NCBI RefSeq assembly: GCF_963921235.1
Contig: NC_086118.1
Span: 27,530,001 to 27,594,000 of the forward strand
Reading direction: 5' to 3'
Origin: Mobula hypostoma
Taxonomy: Eukaryota
Length of the DNA stretch: 64,000 nucleotides
The notes beneath the pieces were generated by a model. It was not told the origin of the DNA, made no database searches, and saw nothing but the letters and a program-made list of their open reading frames with translations. Shown here in pieces: positions 49,436 through 61,380 of this stretch. Position 1 is the first letter of the stretch. Every line of letters starts with the position of its first letter. Made by a program: the position numbers and the translations under genes.

Positions 49436-49634
49436 TGCAAACATGAGGGAATCTGCAGATGCTGGAAATTCAAGCAACACACACAAAATACTGGTGGAAC
49501 GCAGCAGGCCAGGCAGCATCTATAGGAAGAGGTACAGTTGACGGAAAGGTCTCAGCCCGAAATGTCAACTGTACCTCTTCCTATTGATGCTGCCTGACCT
49601 GCTGAGTTCCACCAGCATTTTGTGTGTATTGCTT
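49436..49634. mobile_element. Palindromic PLE-terminus element
   Basis: Inverted arms of about 70 bp (49472-49542 / 49564-49634) and 12-bp direct repeat atattttataat at 49424-49435 and 49635-49646. Confidence 0.85.
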
Positions 49635-50069
49635 ATATTTTATAATGTTCATTTATAACTTCAAACATAGTTACTAATGAGCATTGATTATTTCAGGAGT
49701 TGTAATAACCCTTTAACTATTGGTGCTTTGTTACCAATTCAAAATATATATCTTACCAAATTTCATGATAATTATTTTTATAAACTTCCATTTTACAGTT
49801 ATTCACTGTTACTCTTTCAGACTAAGTGTAATGAGTTGAATCAAAGACAAGACCCGATTAATTGGGAATAACTAATGGTTTACACTGAAGCAGACAATCT
49901 TTAATGCAGAAAAATTCTGCTGAAAAACACTAATATGCCAATTTTTGTTACATATACGTATTAAGGGTTAAAGATCTTTGCGAGAAATGTATAGTGATTG
50001 ATGCATAGTCACATCTTTTAAAAATAAATCTGCAAAATATTTCCTTACAAAAGATGACAAAAATCTTAC

Positions 50070-50158
50070 CTGTCACAATTCTGGCTCGGAGAACAATCAT
50101 TTTTCATTGTTTCCATGATAAACTGGAAATGATTTTTCTTATTAAACTCAACATACAT
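50070..50158 (-). CDS. Candidate host exon (89 nt, or 53 nt from the alternative acceptor at 50122)
   Basis: Strong donor CAG|gtaaga. One fully open frame MYVEFNKKNHFQFIMETMKNDCSPSQNCD(R). Acceptors are weak. Confidence 0.3.
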
Positions 50159-50184
50159 CTGAACACAGTGTTCAATTATATAAC

Positions 50185-52880
50185 ACTGTGGCGTTCAAGA
50201 CGGTAGCTTGCGTCATACACTGGGGTGCTCTCTTTAGTAATCTGATGAGGTCATCGTAGCCTTTGGCCAGGAGCAGATGTCATCAAGTGGTGCCTAACCT
50301 TCAGAGTATTTCGATCCTTAACCACTACACTCTCTGGTTGGCGGGTCAGCAGCGGTGGCCAAGTCACTGCCCATCTGCTCCTGACTCAACTCCGCTCACC
50401 TACTCCATATCCAACAAAAGGCTCTTTCTGCTTCCTCCCCCATCCTGCAAGCTGCTCGATTCTTGCTCTTTTCATCAAGGTCCAGTGCAGATGGTGAACT
50501 CCACACCGACCTTGCCGGGATCCTCTACAGCCAGTCTCCATGGGGAATAGCGACGTCTGCCATCCTTTGTCCATGCACTCCTGGACTAAGGACTGGCACT
50601 TCAAGGCCTTCCTCTCATGAGCCTCCTCGCATCCTTCCTCCCCTGGTGCTGTGAGCTCCACCAGGATGATTTTCTTTTCTTTGGTGGACCATGGTACGAT
50701 GTCTGGTCAAACTGTAGTTTGCACCTCCTCCAGGAACTGCAGCTTCCTCCCCACATCGACCCTCATCTCCCATGATTTGGCAGTTTGCAGCAGATTGGAT
50801 TTAGGCCTCTTTGATATGACTGGTGTGGCCCACTCTTTGACGAAAATTACTGCCCTGTTTACCTCTCCGTTAGCTGGTCCGTTTTTACACCTCTCCCACT
50901 CCAGTGTGTCAGCGCGGGACAGCAGGACCTTGTCGTGGCACCTCCTACAATGTCCTTGTGGTTAGAGCTGTTTTATATCCTGACAGTATGAGTGCCCGTG
51001 AACCCCGCTGACAACAAAGCTTGTAGTTAGAGTCCTCTCTCAGCCCCCATGTGTGCAGCTGTGATGGTGTAGGGAGGATGTCATACGCGGACTGCGGGAG
51101 GAAAGAAATGCGGAAGCGCTCCAGTCTCCAAAGCTCTGCTCAAGTGATCATGTGCTTGGGAAGATCCTATTTTGTCCAGGTGTCCTGTGACCCCAACTCC
51201 ATATCTGCCTTTTGTCCTCAGCGTTCCGTACCTCTGCCTGGACCATGTCCTACCTAGCCTCAGCACATGCGCTCCCCCATCATTGGAAGTAGCCTGAGCC
51301 GAGGCCTTGCCGTCCAGGCATGGGTTGCCAATGATGTCCCTCGATTTCAGGGAGCTCACTGCCTGGTCTGTGGCTGAGCTGGCAGCCCACTTTCAGCCTC
51401 ATCTTGTTGTGACCCCAGCTTGGTTTATTAGCTTGTCAGCAGAGCCCTTTCGTGTTAACATAACTCTACACTTTGCAACCTTGAACTCCTCCGCTACCGA
51501 TGACAACAGCAACTGTAGCTGGCCTGATCTTATGTAGATCTTGGGGGGATCCCCAGCCACCTCCGCAGGTGCTTGTTAACTTTCCTCTTGACGCCGTCTA
51601 CAGTGGTCATGGGGAACTCGTATACCGTGAAAAGCCAGATCAGCCTTGGTAGAAGACCATGTTAGTACAACCATGTCTTAAAATTACCAGGGAGTCCGGC
51701 TTTATTGACCTTCTTCAGTCACTCTTTAACAATGTTTGTGATTTTGGTGCCGTCCGTCATTGCTGCATTAAACCACTTTTCAAGACACTTTACAGAGTTG
51801 TCCTCTATGGATGGAATGAATTCTCCCTGTACTTGAAGACTGAACTTGCTAGTAACCTTGCCCTTTTTGATCACCATACATCTGGACTTCCTGGCCTTAA
51901 AGGTCATCCTAGCCCAGGCAACTACATTGTCCAGGGTTTCCAATGCCCATCTTGCTTGGACATGGGTTACAGTAGTTACTGTAAAGTCATCCATGAACCC
52001 CTGTATTGCAGTTTGTCAGATGCCGGGTTTCAACACTGGGACTCGGATTACATCTTCTGCTGCTAATATGAAGAGTAACATACCCATGACAATTGAGATG
52101 GGAGAGATGCTACATCCAGTTGGACTCCCCTTTTTGGAGATCTTGTCATCTGGTTGTAAAGTGGGCTGAAGTGAAGCATAGCTTGAATCCTCCTGGGTGG
52201 CCAGTGATCGTGTCTCAGGCTATTGGTGGGATATGGTAGTAGTCCAGGCCAATGTGGGTGAGGATGTGTGGAATTGATCCATAGGCATTGGCTAGGTCTA
52301 ACCAGACAACTGTTAGATCATCTTTTTTTCTGCCTGGCCTCTCGAATCAATTGGCTGATTATTGATTTGTGTTCAGGGCACCCAGAACAGGATGTGTTGG
52401 TCTTTCCAGATGGATGTGTTGATATAGTGGTTCCCCATTAAGTAAGAGGTCAGCCTTTTCTCAAGCACTGAGAAGAATACCTTGCACTTCACACTAAGGA
52501 GGGAGATTGTCCTAAGCTGGGTGATTGTAGAGAGATCTTCTTTCTTGGGGACAAAGCATCCTTCAGCCATTTTCCAGCTTGATGGGATAGAGCCTTTGGA
52601 ATAAGTCTTCCTCATTATCTTCCACAACCTCCGGAGGAGTTTTGTGCATTTCTTATATACCTTGTAGCGTATACCACTTGGTTCTGGGAAGGCAGATGAC
52701 TTTGCTTGCTTGATGTTATCATAGACCTCGTGGGCTCTGTCAACTTCAATTGCTGGGTTTCTTTGTTGCAAGACTTTTGGATTGAATTCTAGTCCCTGAT
52801 TCCTACGGGGATTGCTGTGTGATTCCCGCAGAAATTCTTCCACCTCCTGCTTTGAGATGGTTAGCAATTGTTTTGAGTAC
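50185..52880 (-). mobile_element. Hero-type (R2 group) non-LTR retrotransposon with restriction-like endonuclease, decayed
   Basis: QLRTISLL, WLDLANAYGS, FMDDFTV..AWARMTFKARKSRCMVIKKGKV, and RLE PDIV.WS..IILVELT.P.EE..EEAHERK..Y-like motif. Confidence 0.88.
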
Positions 52881-52884
52881 AAGA

Positions 52885-53145
52885 GGTGGTATAGTAATGT
52901 AATGATTTGCGTAATGCTATTACAGTGCCAGCGACCTATGCTTCAATGGCACCAGTGTCTGTAAGGAGTTTGTATGTTCTCTCCATCGCTGCGTGCGTTT
53001 CTTTGTGTGCTCCAGTTTCCTCCGACATTCCAAAAATCTGTGGGTTAGTAGATCAATTGGTCATATCGGTGTAATTGGGCAGCATAGACTCATTGGGCCA
53101 GAAGAGCCTGTTACCATGCTGTATCTCTAAACAAAAATTAAGATC
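52885..53145 (+). mobile_element. V-domain SINE
   Basis: Homologous to 46962-47270 (ctgtaaggagtttgtatgttct..tttcctccgacattcc). Confidence 0.8.
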
Positions 53146-54379
53146 AAAATTGTGACTTTCTTCAATTACTTCAGAGGCCAGATTTTGTGCTGAAAATAAA
53201 GGTTATTCTAATCGTGATAACTTTTCAATCAAAGTAAAATGGGCGACTGCTTTCAGCAACCTATTCAGTTAGGATGAAAATCCAAGCCTGCTGCCTGGCT
53301 CTTTGCTAAGTTGTATGAAAGCACATTCTATTCTCTGGCTTCTGTTTCAAGTGTACTAAGTAACAACAGATTCCCAAACTGATATTTGTATATAGAGACT
53401 AAACATGTCATAAAAACTTAATTCAAATCATTCCACTCTCAGTATTCTCTCAATGGTGTGGCAAGTCTTAATTACTGCCAATCAACGTCTCTGCCACCGA
53501 ATATTAGCTTTAAAAATTGCAGTGTCTTTCCTCAGGTTTTAATATTGTTGAAAACTCTTAGAACTTAAATTAATATTTTAATTTTTTCTAGGTGATTTTT
53601 CTTGGTTCATTTTTCCCTCTATGTGCCATTCTTGTTTACATATGCCTGAGTAATGGATAACCCTACATAAAATGAAAAATCTCTAATATTAAATTCAGAA
53701 GTTTGAAGTTCAATAATACATTTGTTCCCATGAAGAACAGACCTTCTCTGTTAAGTTTTAGTAATTGTTCTTATTTTATCAGTCTTATGTGCTTTTGATG
53801 TCTGTACAATACTGTATTGGCAAGATGACTGGTTGACAATTATATATTTGGGGCCTTAATGCAGAAATAAGTTTAAGAAGTTAATTTTTTTGTTATCTTA
53901 TACTTAGGAGTGTTGGTGAAACAATGCTGAGGTGATCAGCAACAGAGAGAAGGAACAGAATGAATAAAATATCGTGGACTGCATTTTGTTTTTAATTTCC
54001 CAATTAATTTTGAGAAGGTTGTGGGAAGCCATTGCCATTACCTGCTGGAGTCCATGCAGTGAAAGTCCCCCAACAGTGTTGTTTGATTGCATGTTCCAAC
54101 ATTTTGAACCAGTGATTTTGATGGAAGAATGAAAATATATTTTCATGACAGGATTATGTATGACTTGCAGTGGAATTTGCAGGTAGTGATAACCCTGGTG
54201 AGTAACTGCTTTTCCCTTTGCCATTGCCCTGTCAGTGATAAATGGGGACTCAATTAACCAGCTTTGTCCTCAGGTGATGTCAAACTTCTTGAATGTACTG
54301 AAGTGGCACTTAGCCAAGTAAATGGAAAGTATTCCATCACATTACTGGCTTGTCTCACTTACAGGCTCAGGCGTAGTAC

Positions 54380-54940
54380 AGAGAAAATGTTTCATTGGAA
54401 GGATCAGTAGCCAGATGACACAAATTTAATACGATTGGGAAAAATTGACCATCAATAACATGAAGAAACATTTTTCTTTACACCATGCACATTGGAATAC
54501 ATTATCTGGAAGGATGAGTGAAGTACATTGAACGGTAACACTCAGAAAATGAAAGCATTCATGGAGAAAGAGCAAAATTTGAGGTTAATTAAATGGCTTT
54601 GTTAAGGAGTTGGCAGAGAGATAATGGGTAGAAATGTCAATGAGCAGAAGGTATGTTTCGAAGTTTGGGGAGAAGACTGAAGGTGATGTGAAGGGCTTTA
54701 TTTTAAAAATATTTTTTATATAAACTATTCAGGGTGTTGTAGGTACCAGCAATGGATTTCTGGTGTAGTAGAGGAATCAGGCAGTCTGAGGAAGTTTCAG
54801 GCTTTTAGTCAGGCACTTGAATATAAAGGAAATAGAGGATATGGATGATGTACAGAACAAAGTCACTTAATGTCAATTGACATCAAGATTTCACAATATT
54901 GTGGGCTGAATGGCCTATCTAGTACTGTATAGTTCTATGT
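54380..54940 (+). mobile_element. Decayed CR1 3' fragments
   Basis: Ends gtgggctgaatggcctatctagtactgtatagttctatgt. Confidence 0.6.
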
Positions 54941-54949
54941 ACTTCAATA

Positions 54950-55830
54950 GTCTAATCAAAGTTAATTTTATTGTCATCTACACAAGTGTGTGTATGCAGG
55001 GGTGCAACAAGAAACTCACTTGCAGCAGCTCATTGAATAATATAAGCAGTATTTAAAATAAAAGCAGAAAGACAAAGTATACACAGTATTTACAAAGATG
55101 GAAACAATTAGAATATAAAAATAAAGTCTGCTTTAGTGTAAAGTGATCAAAGTGGTTATAGTGTCTCTACGAGCTTGTGGGTTTTTTCTGAGTGCACTGG
55201 TTCCCTCCCACATTTCGAAGATGTACAGGTCAGGTTTAGACTTACAAAGCTGTGAGCATGCTATGCTGGTGCCAGACATTCGGCAGCACTTGCCCCCACC
55301 ATATCCTTGGACAGTGTCAGACATTGATGCTAACATTTCATTTTACTGCATGTTTCAATGTTTTGATGTTAATGTGACAAATAAATCTAATCTTTAAATC
55401 TTTAAACAGTACATCTAAAGAAGTTTGAAGGACTTCCATTTCCTGAAGTCAACAGTCAGCTCTTCAGCTTTACTGACGTTGAGTGGGGTGTTGTTTCTGC
55501 AGTGGCTCTCAATCAGGTATTTGATCTTGGTCCAGTAGGCTGACTTATCACCATCTGTGACTTGCCCATCGGTGAATTTGCAGATGGCGTTGGAGCTCTA
55601 CTTGGCCACATAGTTAGCTATGTATGCATCGAGTAGAGCAGGGGGCTAAAGTGCACCTGTGTTGATGAATGTGGAGGAGATGTTGTTACCAAACGTCACT
55701 GATGAGGACGTTGAGTATCCAGATGCAAGGGATGGTACTGAAGCCCAGGTTTTGAAGCTTGATGAGTTTGGCTGGCATGTTCATCTTAAGCTCCAAGCTG
55801 TGGTTGAGAAACAGCAGCTGACAGATGAGT
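54950..55830 (-). mobile_element. Decayed Rex1-type LINE pieces with a plus-strand SINE fragment (about 55165-55400)
   Basis: Minus-strand PLLYS, ICKFTD and LNVSKAEELTVDFR motifs, and a tail at about 54955. Confidence 0.6.
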
Positions 55831-55933
55831 CACTGTTTGTGTTAAGTTATTCCATCCTTCTGGAAATGAACAATTTTTGGGAATACAAGTCAATTACCTT
55901 GGCTGCCAATCATTCCACATAATCATGTGCAAT

Positions 55934-56985
55934 TGTCACATGAGGGTGCTGGGAATGAATTCAAATGCAAGACACAGATACTGAAGTACAAGGAACAGGA
56001 CTTGACTAGAGTAGGGATGTGACAGGATTCAGGCAAGGAGCAAGGACAAGAATGCAGACTTGGGCTAGGGAAAGTGGGACCAGGGCTAGGAACCATGGAC
56101 TAGGAGACAAGGCTAGGACTCTGAGCCAGAACCTGGGTCTTGCCTCGGGCTCGGACCCCAGAACCAGGCAAGGACATGACATGGCTTTGGGACAGGACGT
56201 GAGCCTGGCTTGGGATCCTCGAGGCTTGGGTTCTTGGATCCCAAGCCAAGCTCAAGACCCTCGAGGCTTGGGTTCTTGAGTCTTGAGCTTGGCTGCGGGA
56301 TCCTTGAGGCTTGGGTTCTTGGGAGCTTGGCTGTGGGATCCCCGAGGCTCGAGTTCTTGGATCTCAGACAGACTGGGAACCGAACATCAACATAGAGCCA
56401 GGACTTATCCTTCGACAAGCCAGGACTCATCTTTAACACAACACTAACATGAGACAGGACAGAACATAAACAGAGCTGGGACTTATCCTAAGACAAGCCA
56501 GGACTCAACTTCATCTCCACAACAAGGTGGGTCAGGTCTCTCCGTCAGGTAATGGCAGAACAGCTGGACTTACCCAACAGAGGCAAGGACAAGACAAGAC
56601 AGGTTCCCCCCCCCCCCCTCCACCACAGGGCAATGGCAAATCAGCCTGACTTACCCCAGAGGCAAGGACAAGAAGAGACAAACACCAAAGAACGACAGAC
56701 AGTTCCATCTCTGCTCCAGGGAAGCTCCGAGTCTCAGTTCGGCCAGCAACCTCAGCTGGCTACAGAAACAGCCAGATCCCTACCTAGCTTGGAGTGGCTG
56801 GCAGCCACTTAGCTGGCCCAGGAAACAGCCAAATCCATACCGCAAAGACCACTCCAACATGTGGCAACAAGGCTCCATGAAGCAGTGGTCCTCCAACCAG
56901 GCCTAGAGATCACAAATGGTTTCACTAGCCTTCCATCAGCAGGTTGCTCCAAGGGGGACTGACAAGACAAACCAGCAGCCCACAC
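55934..56985 (+). mobile_element. LTR-like non-coding element with internal tandem and inverted repeats
   Basis: Starts tgtcacatgagggtgctggg and is homologous to 34851-35241. Duplicated ggacttatcc..gacaagccaggactca and ggacttaccc..agaggcaaggacaaga units. Confidence 0.6.
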
Positions 56986-57559
56986 TTCATTTTTGTTTTA
57001 TGGCAGTTGGCAACCAGTTTTCAGTGCATTACCACCACCTGCTAGACTTCCTGTGTTCCAACCAAATATGTCCTGGAGTTCTCTACTTTAGACAATCTAG
57101 TTCAGCCTGCAGTTCTCTATTAGCATCACTCTGTGGTTGCAATTCCTCGTGAATGCTTAATGTGCTCATTAGATAATGCCGCAAACTGCAATTCTTCCCT
57201 AATTTTGTCACGTTTTCATGTAGTTGCATTACTTCAATTACATTGACTTCATCTACATCACTTCCAAGACTAAAATCGTCCTGTTAAAGAATAGTAATTA
57301 TCACATGTTATACTTTTAAAATTGCTGTTTTTCCAAGTCTATCTGCTTTTTCATGTTTTCCTTTTCTTGGATCGTAGCCTGCAGTTGTTTACTGAGACCT
57401 CGGAGTTCTTCTTCATTTGCTTCCATGTTTTCATTTTATAATGTGGATGTAGATAATTCACTTTGCAACAAATTCCTTTTCCTTTTGTATCCTTGCAATA
57501 ATTTCCTCCATTCTCCAATTTCTTTCCAACTCAGTTGTTCTTGTCGGGTACTTCTTTGC

Positions 57560-59035
57560 TGTTGGAGTTCTACACCTTTACCACTGGGCTTCAACCATAA
57601 AATCTGAGGACTTGCCTTAAATTCTGAAACATTTCTAAAATTCTTGACCATTTGCGATAAATATACTGCCATTAAGATTCCATCTCCCCTGCCTGTGAAC
57701 TGTTGGATCCTCCATTCAGCGTTTCTTTGACTTCTTCCCACCTGATTCCTTTAATACCAAGTTACTTTTCCACAGACTTGATGATAATTTTAAGTTTCTC
57801 AGTTCTTTTGCGCTGAACAATTAATTGCATCCACCATAAAAAGCACGAAATCCTTTCTACTTATTAATAGTGTATCCTTATTTTTCATATTACAGCCCTC
57901 ACAATTCACCAGTTTATTATTCCCTGCATTTGTTTGCTTGACAGCCTTTTTTCCATCAAAATACTTTCACTACCTCTGCATAACTGATTCCTTGAGTTAC
58001 TTTTACATATTGTATCTCAGCCACCTTCTTGCTATCAATGCACCCTCGATAAGCTGCGCTGTGTTCTTCACACAATTGCAGCATTTCAGCCCAGCTCCCG
58101 CTTCACGTTTCCCATATTCATGTTCTCCAGCACACCTCCCACATCTTTGTTTTCCTCTGCAGACCGCTGCAATGTGCCTAAATTTCTGACATTTATAGCA
58201 TCTTAAAGGCAGTGGTATATATATTCTAACCGCACAACACATATACCCTAAGTAAACGTGAATCAGTAATCTCTCTTCATCAAAGTTAATCATTACTGAT
58301 AAACTATCACACTTTTTCCTGTTTCTTGTAACTTTCAAACATTTGGCCTCAATAATTTTTGCTGCTTTTATGTTCTGTTTAATCTCATCCATAGTAACTT
58401 TTGTTGGTGTCCCCAAAATAACTCCTCTAGTACTCTTTCTGGTTGGGTATTGAGCATTGTACTTCTTTGCCATCTATTTTACATAATCTTATCATTTTAC
58501 CTTGCCGAGCACTATCCCAACAAATCACTAATAGCAATCCATTTTGTAAAATCTTTGCTTCTTTAATCTCACCTATAATTTTGTTGAGCACCTTCATCAA
58601 ACAAATCAGGTTCCAATCACCACATGACACCCCATCTTCACTTAGTTTTATAATTGCTTTAATCTCATCTTCTTTCCATTGTTTTGCTGTCCTGCTTTGA
58701 TCATCCACTGACTCCTCAGAGTTTGATATCCTGTAGCTCTACTTTCTTTTCTTCCTCTTTCCATTCCTCTTTCCCACCAACCTCCATCTCTAGTTCACTT
58801 CCACTCTCACCAAGAACTTCCTTCAGCAGCTTGGCTCTTTCCTTGATGTTCTCTGTCTCTACCATTTTCCAGTCACAACTCAACTCTCTCTTTCCACAAC
58901 CCAGCCAGCCTGGACCAGCAGCCCACACTCAATCCCAAGGCTACTTATATTGCAAGCCCAAAGATGGGAACCAGGTGCCTTTGATTTAGTCAATCAAGGG
59001 ACAGCTGGAAGACCCGGAGTCCTGACTCCATGGAC
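57560..59035 (-). mobile_element. I/Nimb-type LINE 5' remnant (gag-like ORF1 and start of EN)
   Basis: YIPLPLRCYKCQKFRHIAAVC..RCGRCAGEH..KCCNC zinc knuckles, ILQNGLLLVIC, and decayed NG..FIANGQEF...WLKP EN start. Confidence 0.8.
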
Positions 59036-59149
59036 CGGACCATGACAGCAATGTGTTTCCCTGTAACATTTTTTCTGAAAAGTTATTGTCTCTGATATTG
59101 AGGTGCCAACCAGATATTTCAGATTTGAATAATAATTTACTAAAGGGAA

Positions 59150-61380
59150 TGTCTCTTTATATTTGACTTACCAAAGAGCAACACTTTACAATTGTGTGGC
59201 TTAAACTCCATCTACCATTTCCATGCCCATATCTGCACTTGATCTATATCCCATTGTATTCTTTGCCAGTCTTCTATGCTATCCACAACACCACCAATAT
59301 TTGTATCATCTGCAAACTTACTAACCCACTGATCTATATTTTCACCCAGATCAATTAAATACAAGTAGAGATCCCTGAAGAACACCACTAATCACATATC
59401 TCCAGCTAGAGTAAGTCTGTTTGACTATTACCCTGTCTTCTATGAGCAAGCCAGTTCTGAATTTAAATGGCCAATTCAGCATTGATCCAATGCATCTGAA
59501 ACTTCTGGATGAGTCTCCCATGTGGGACCTTGTCAAACACCTTACTAAAATCTATGTAAACAACATCCACAGCTCTACCTTCATCAATCACCTACATCAA
59601 AAATCTCAATCAAGTTAGTAAGACATGACTTGCCCCACACAAAGCCATGCTGGTTCTCCCTAATTAAGCCATGGTTTTCCAAACACACATCAATTCTACT
59701 CCTAAGAACACTCTCCAGTAACTAACATGAGACTCACCGCTCCATAGTTTCCAGGATTATCTCTGGTTCCCTTCTTGAACAATGGAACAACATGAGCTAC
59801 TCACCAGTCCTCCAGGACCTCACCTGTGGCCAGAGAGGACACAAAGATACTGGTCAAGACCCCAGCAATCCCTTCATTTCCATTTCTCATCAGGCCCCAG
59901 GGAATTATCCACCTTAATGCTTTTCAAGAGACTCAATGCTACCTCCTCCTTTACTCTGAAATGCCGAAGCATATAAATATTCTGGGCATTGATCTCCCTA
60001 TCCTTCATGCTCTTCCACTTGGTAAGTACTAATGTAAAGTATTCACCTACGTGCTTTGCATTCATCCGGGCAAATGTTTGCTCCTTTACCCTTGATTGGT
60101 CCCACCCTCTCCCTAGTTATTCTCTTTCTCCTAATGTTTTGTATAGAATGCCTTAGGATTCTCTTTAATCCTATTGCCAGGGACTTTTCCTGAGTTCCTG
60201 AGTTCTTTTCCTGCTTCTTTATAGTCTTCATGGGCTCTGTTTGATTCTAGCTTCCCAAGATTTATTACATACTTTTTCTTTACTTTCTTGACAAAATTCA
60301 CCACCTATCCCGACATCCAAGGTTCTCTTACCTTTCCATTCTTGTCCTAACTTCTGATTGGACCATATCTGTCCTGTACTCATGTCAGCTGTGGATTTGC
60401 CCAGAAATGGCTGTTCCCAATTAACTCTCCCCCATTCCTGACTAATGCTCTTGTAACTGACTATGCTCCAATTTAACCCTCTCTCACAAAGTTAATACTT
60501 ATTCTTATCTGTAGTTATCTTAAAACTTAAGGATTTGTGGTTACTGTTTCCTAACTACTCACCTAGTGAAAGGTCAGTCACTACACAACACCATGTCCAG
60601 TACAAACCCTCCTCTTGATGGACTACCTGAATATTGATTTAAGAAGCTCCTGGATGCATCTAACAAATTCTGCACCATCTAAACCTCTTACACTAAGAAG
60701 GTCCCAGTTTATATTTGGTAAGTTGAAGTCCCTCATGACAACAATCCTTTTGTTTTTTACATCTTTCCTTCATCTGCTGGCATGTATGTTCCTCAATGTT
60801 CCAGTGGCTATGGTGCGGGAAAGTGTCATAGTACATTCCCATCAGAATGATTGCACCCTTCCTATTTTTGAGTTCTATCCATATAGACTCAGTTGACAAG
60901 CCCTCCATTATGTTCCCTCTGATTGCAGCTGTGATATTGTCCTTAACTGGAAGTGCAAACTCCTTCCCCCCACCTATCTTTTTCTAGAACATTGAAAGCC
61001 TAGGATATTAAGCACCCACTCCCGTTTCTGTCTCATCTCAGTTTCTGAAATAGCTACGGCATCATAGTTCCACGTACTGACCCATTCACTAAATTCAATA
61101 CCTTTACCTGTAATACCCCTAGCATTAAAATACACAGACTTCAAACTATCTATCATGTTATGGCTATTACCTTGTTCCTGCCTTTTTTTACTGGCCCTGG
61201 CATCTACCTTCCTTATTGTCCCTCTGCTTTTTGACCTGGTGTTCTGGTTTCCATCCACCCCTTGCTAAACTCGTTTAAACTCCCCCAAGTAGCACCAGTA
61301 AGCATCCTGGCCAGGATTTTAGTTCCAGCTTGGATACAACCCATCTCTCTTGTACAAGTCACCTTTGGCTTGTACAAGAA
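59150..61380 (-). mobile_element. Decayed CR1 (ORF1 end, EN, most of RT)
   Basis: LYKRDGL, SVYFNARGI..AISET, ESIWIELKN, GVLQGS and KFADD remnants. Confidence 0.88.

Noticed and set aside
59012..59042. Hairpin ggagtc/gactcc at the I/Nimb 5' end as a possible HDV-like ribozyme
   Set aside because: The nested double-pseudoknot pairings could not be built by eye.
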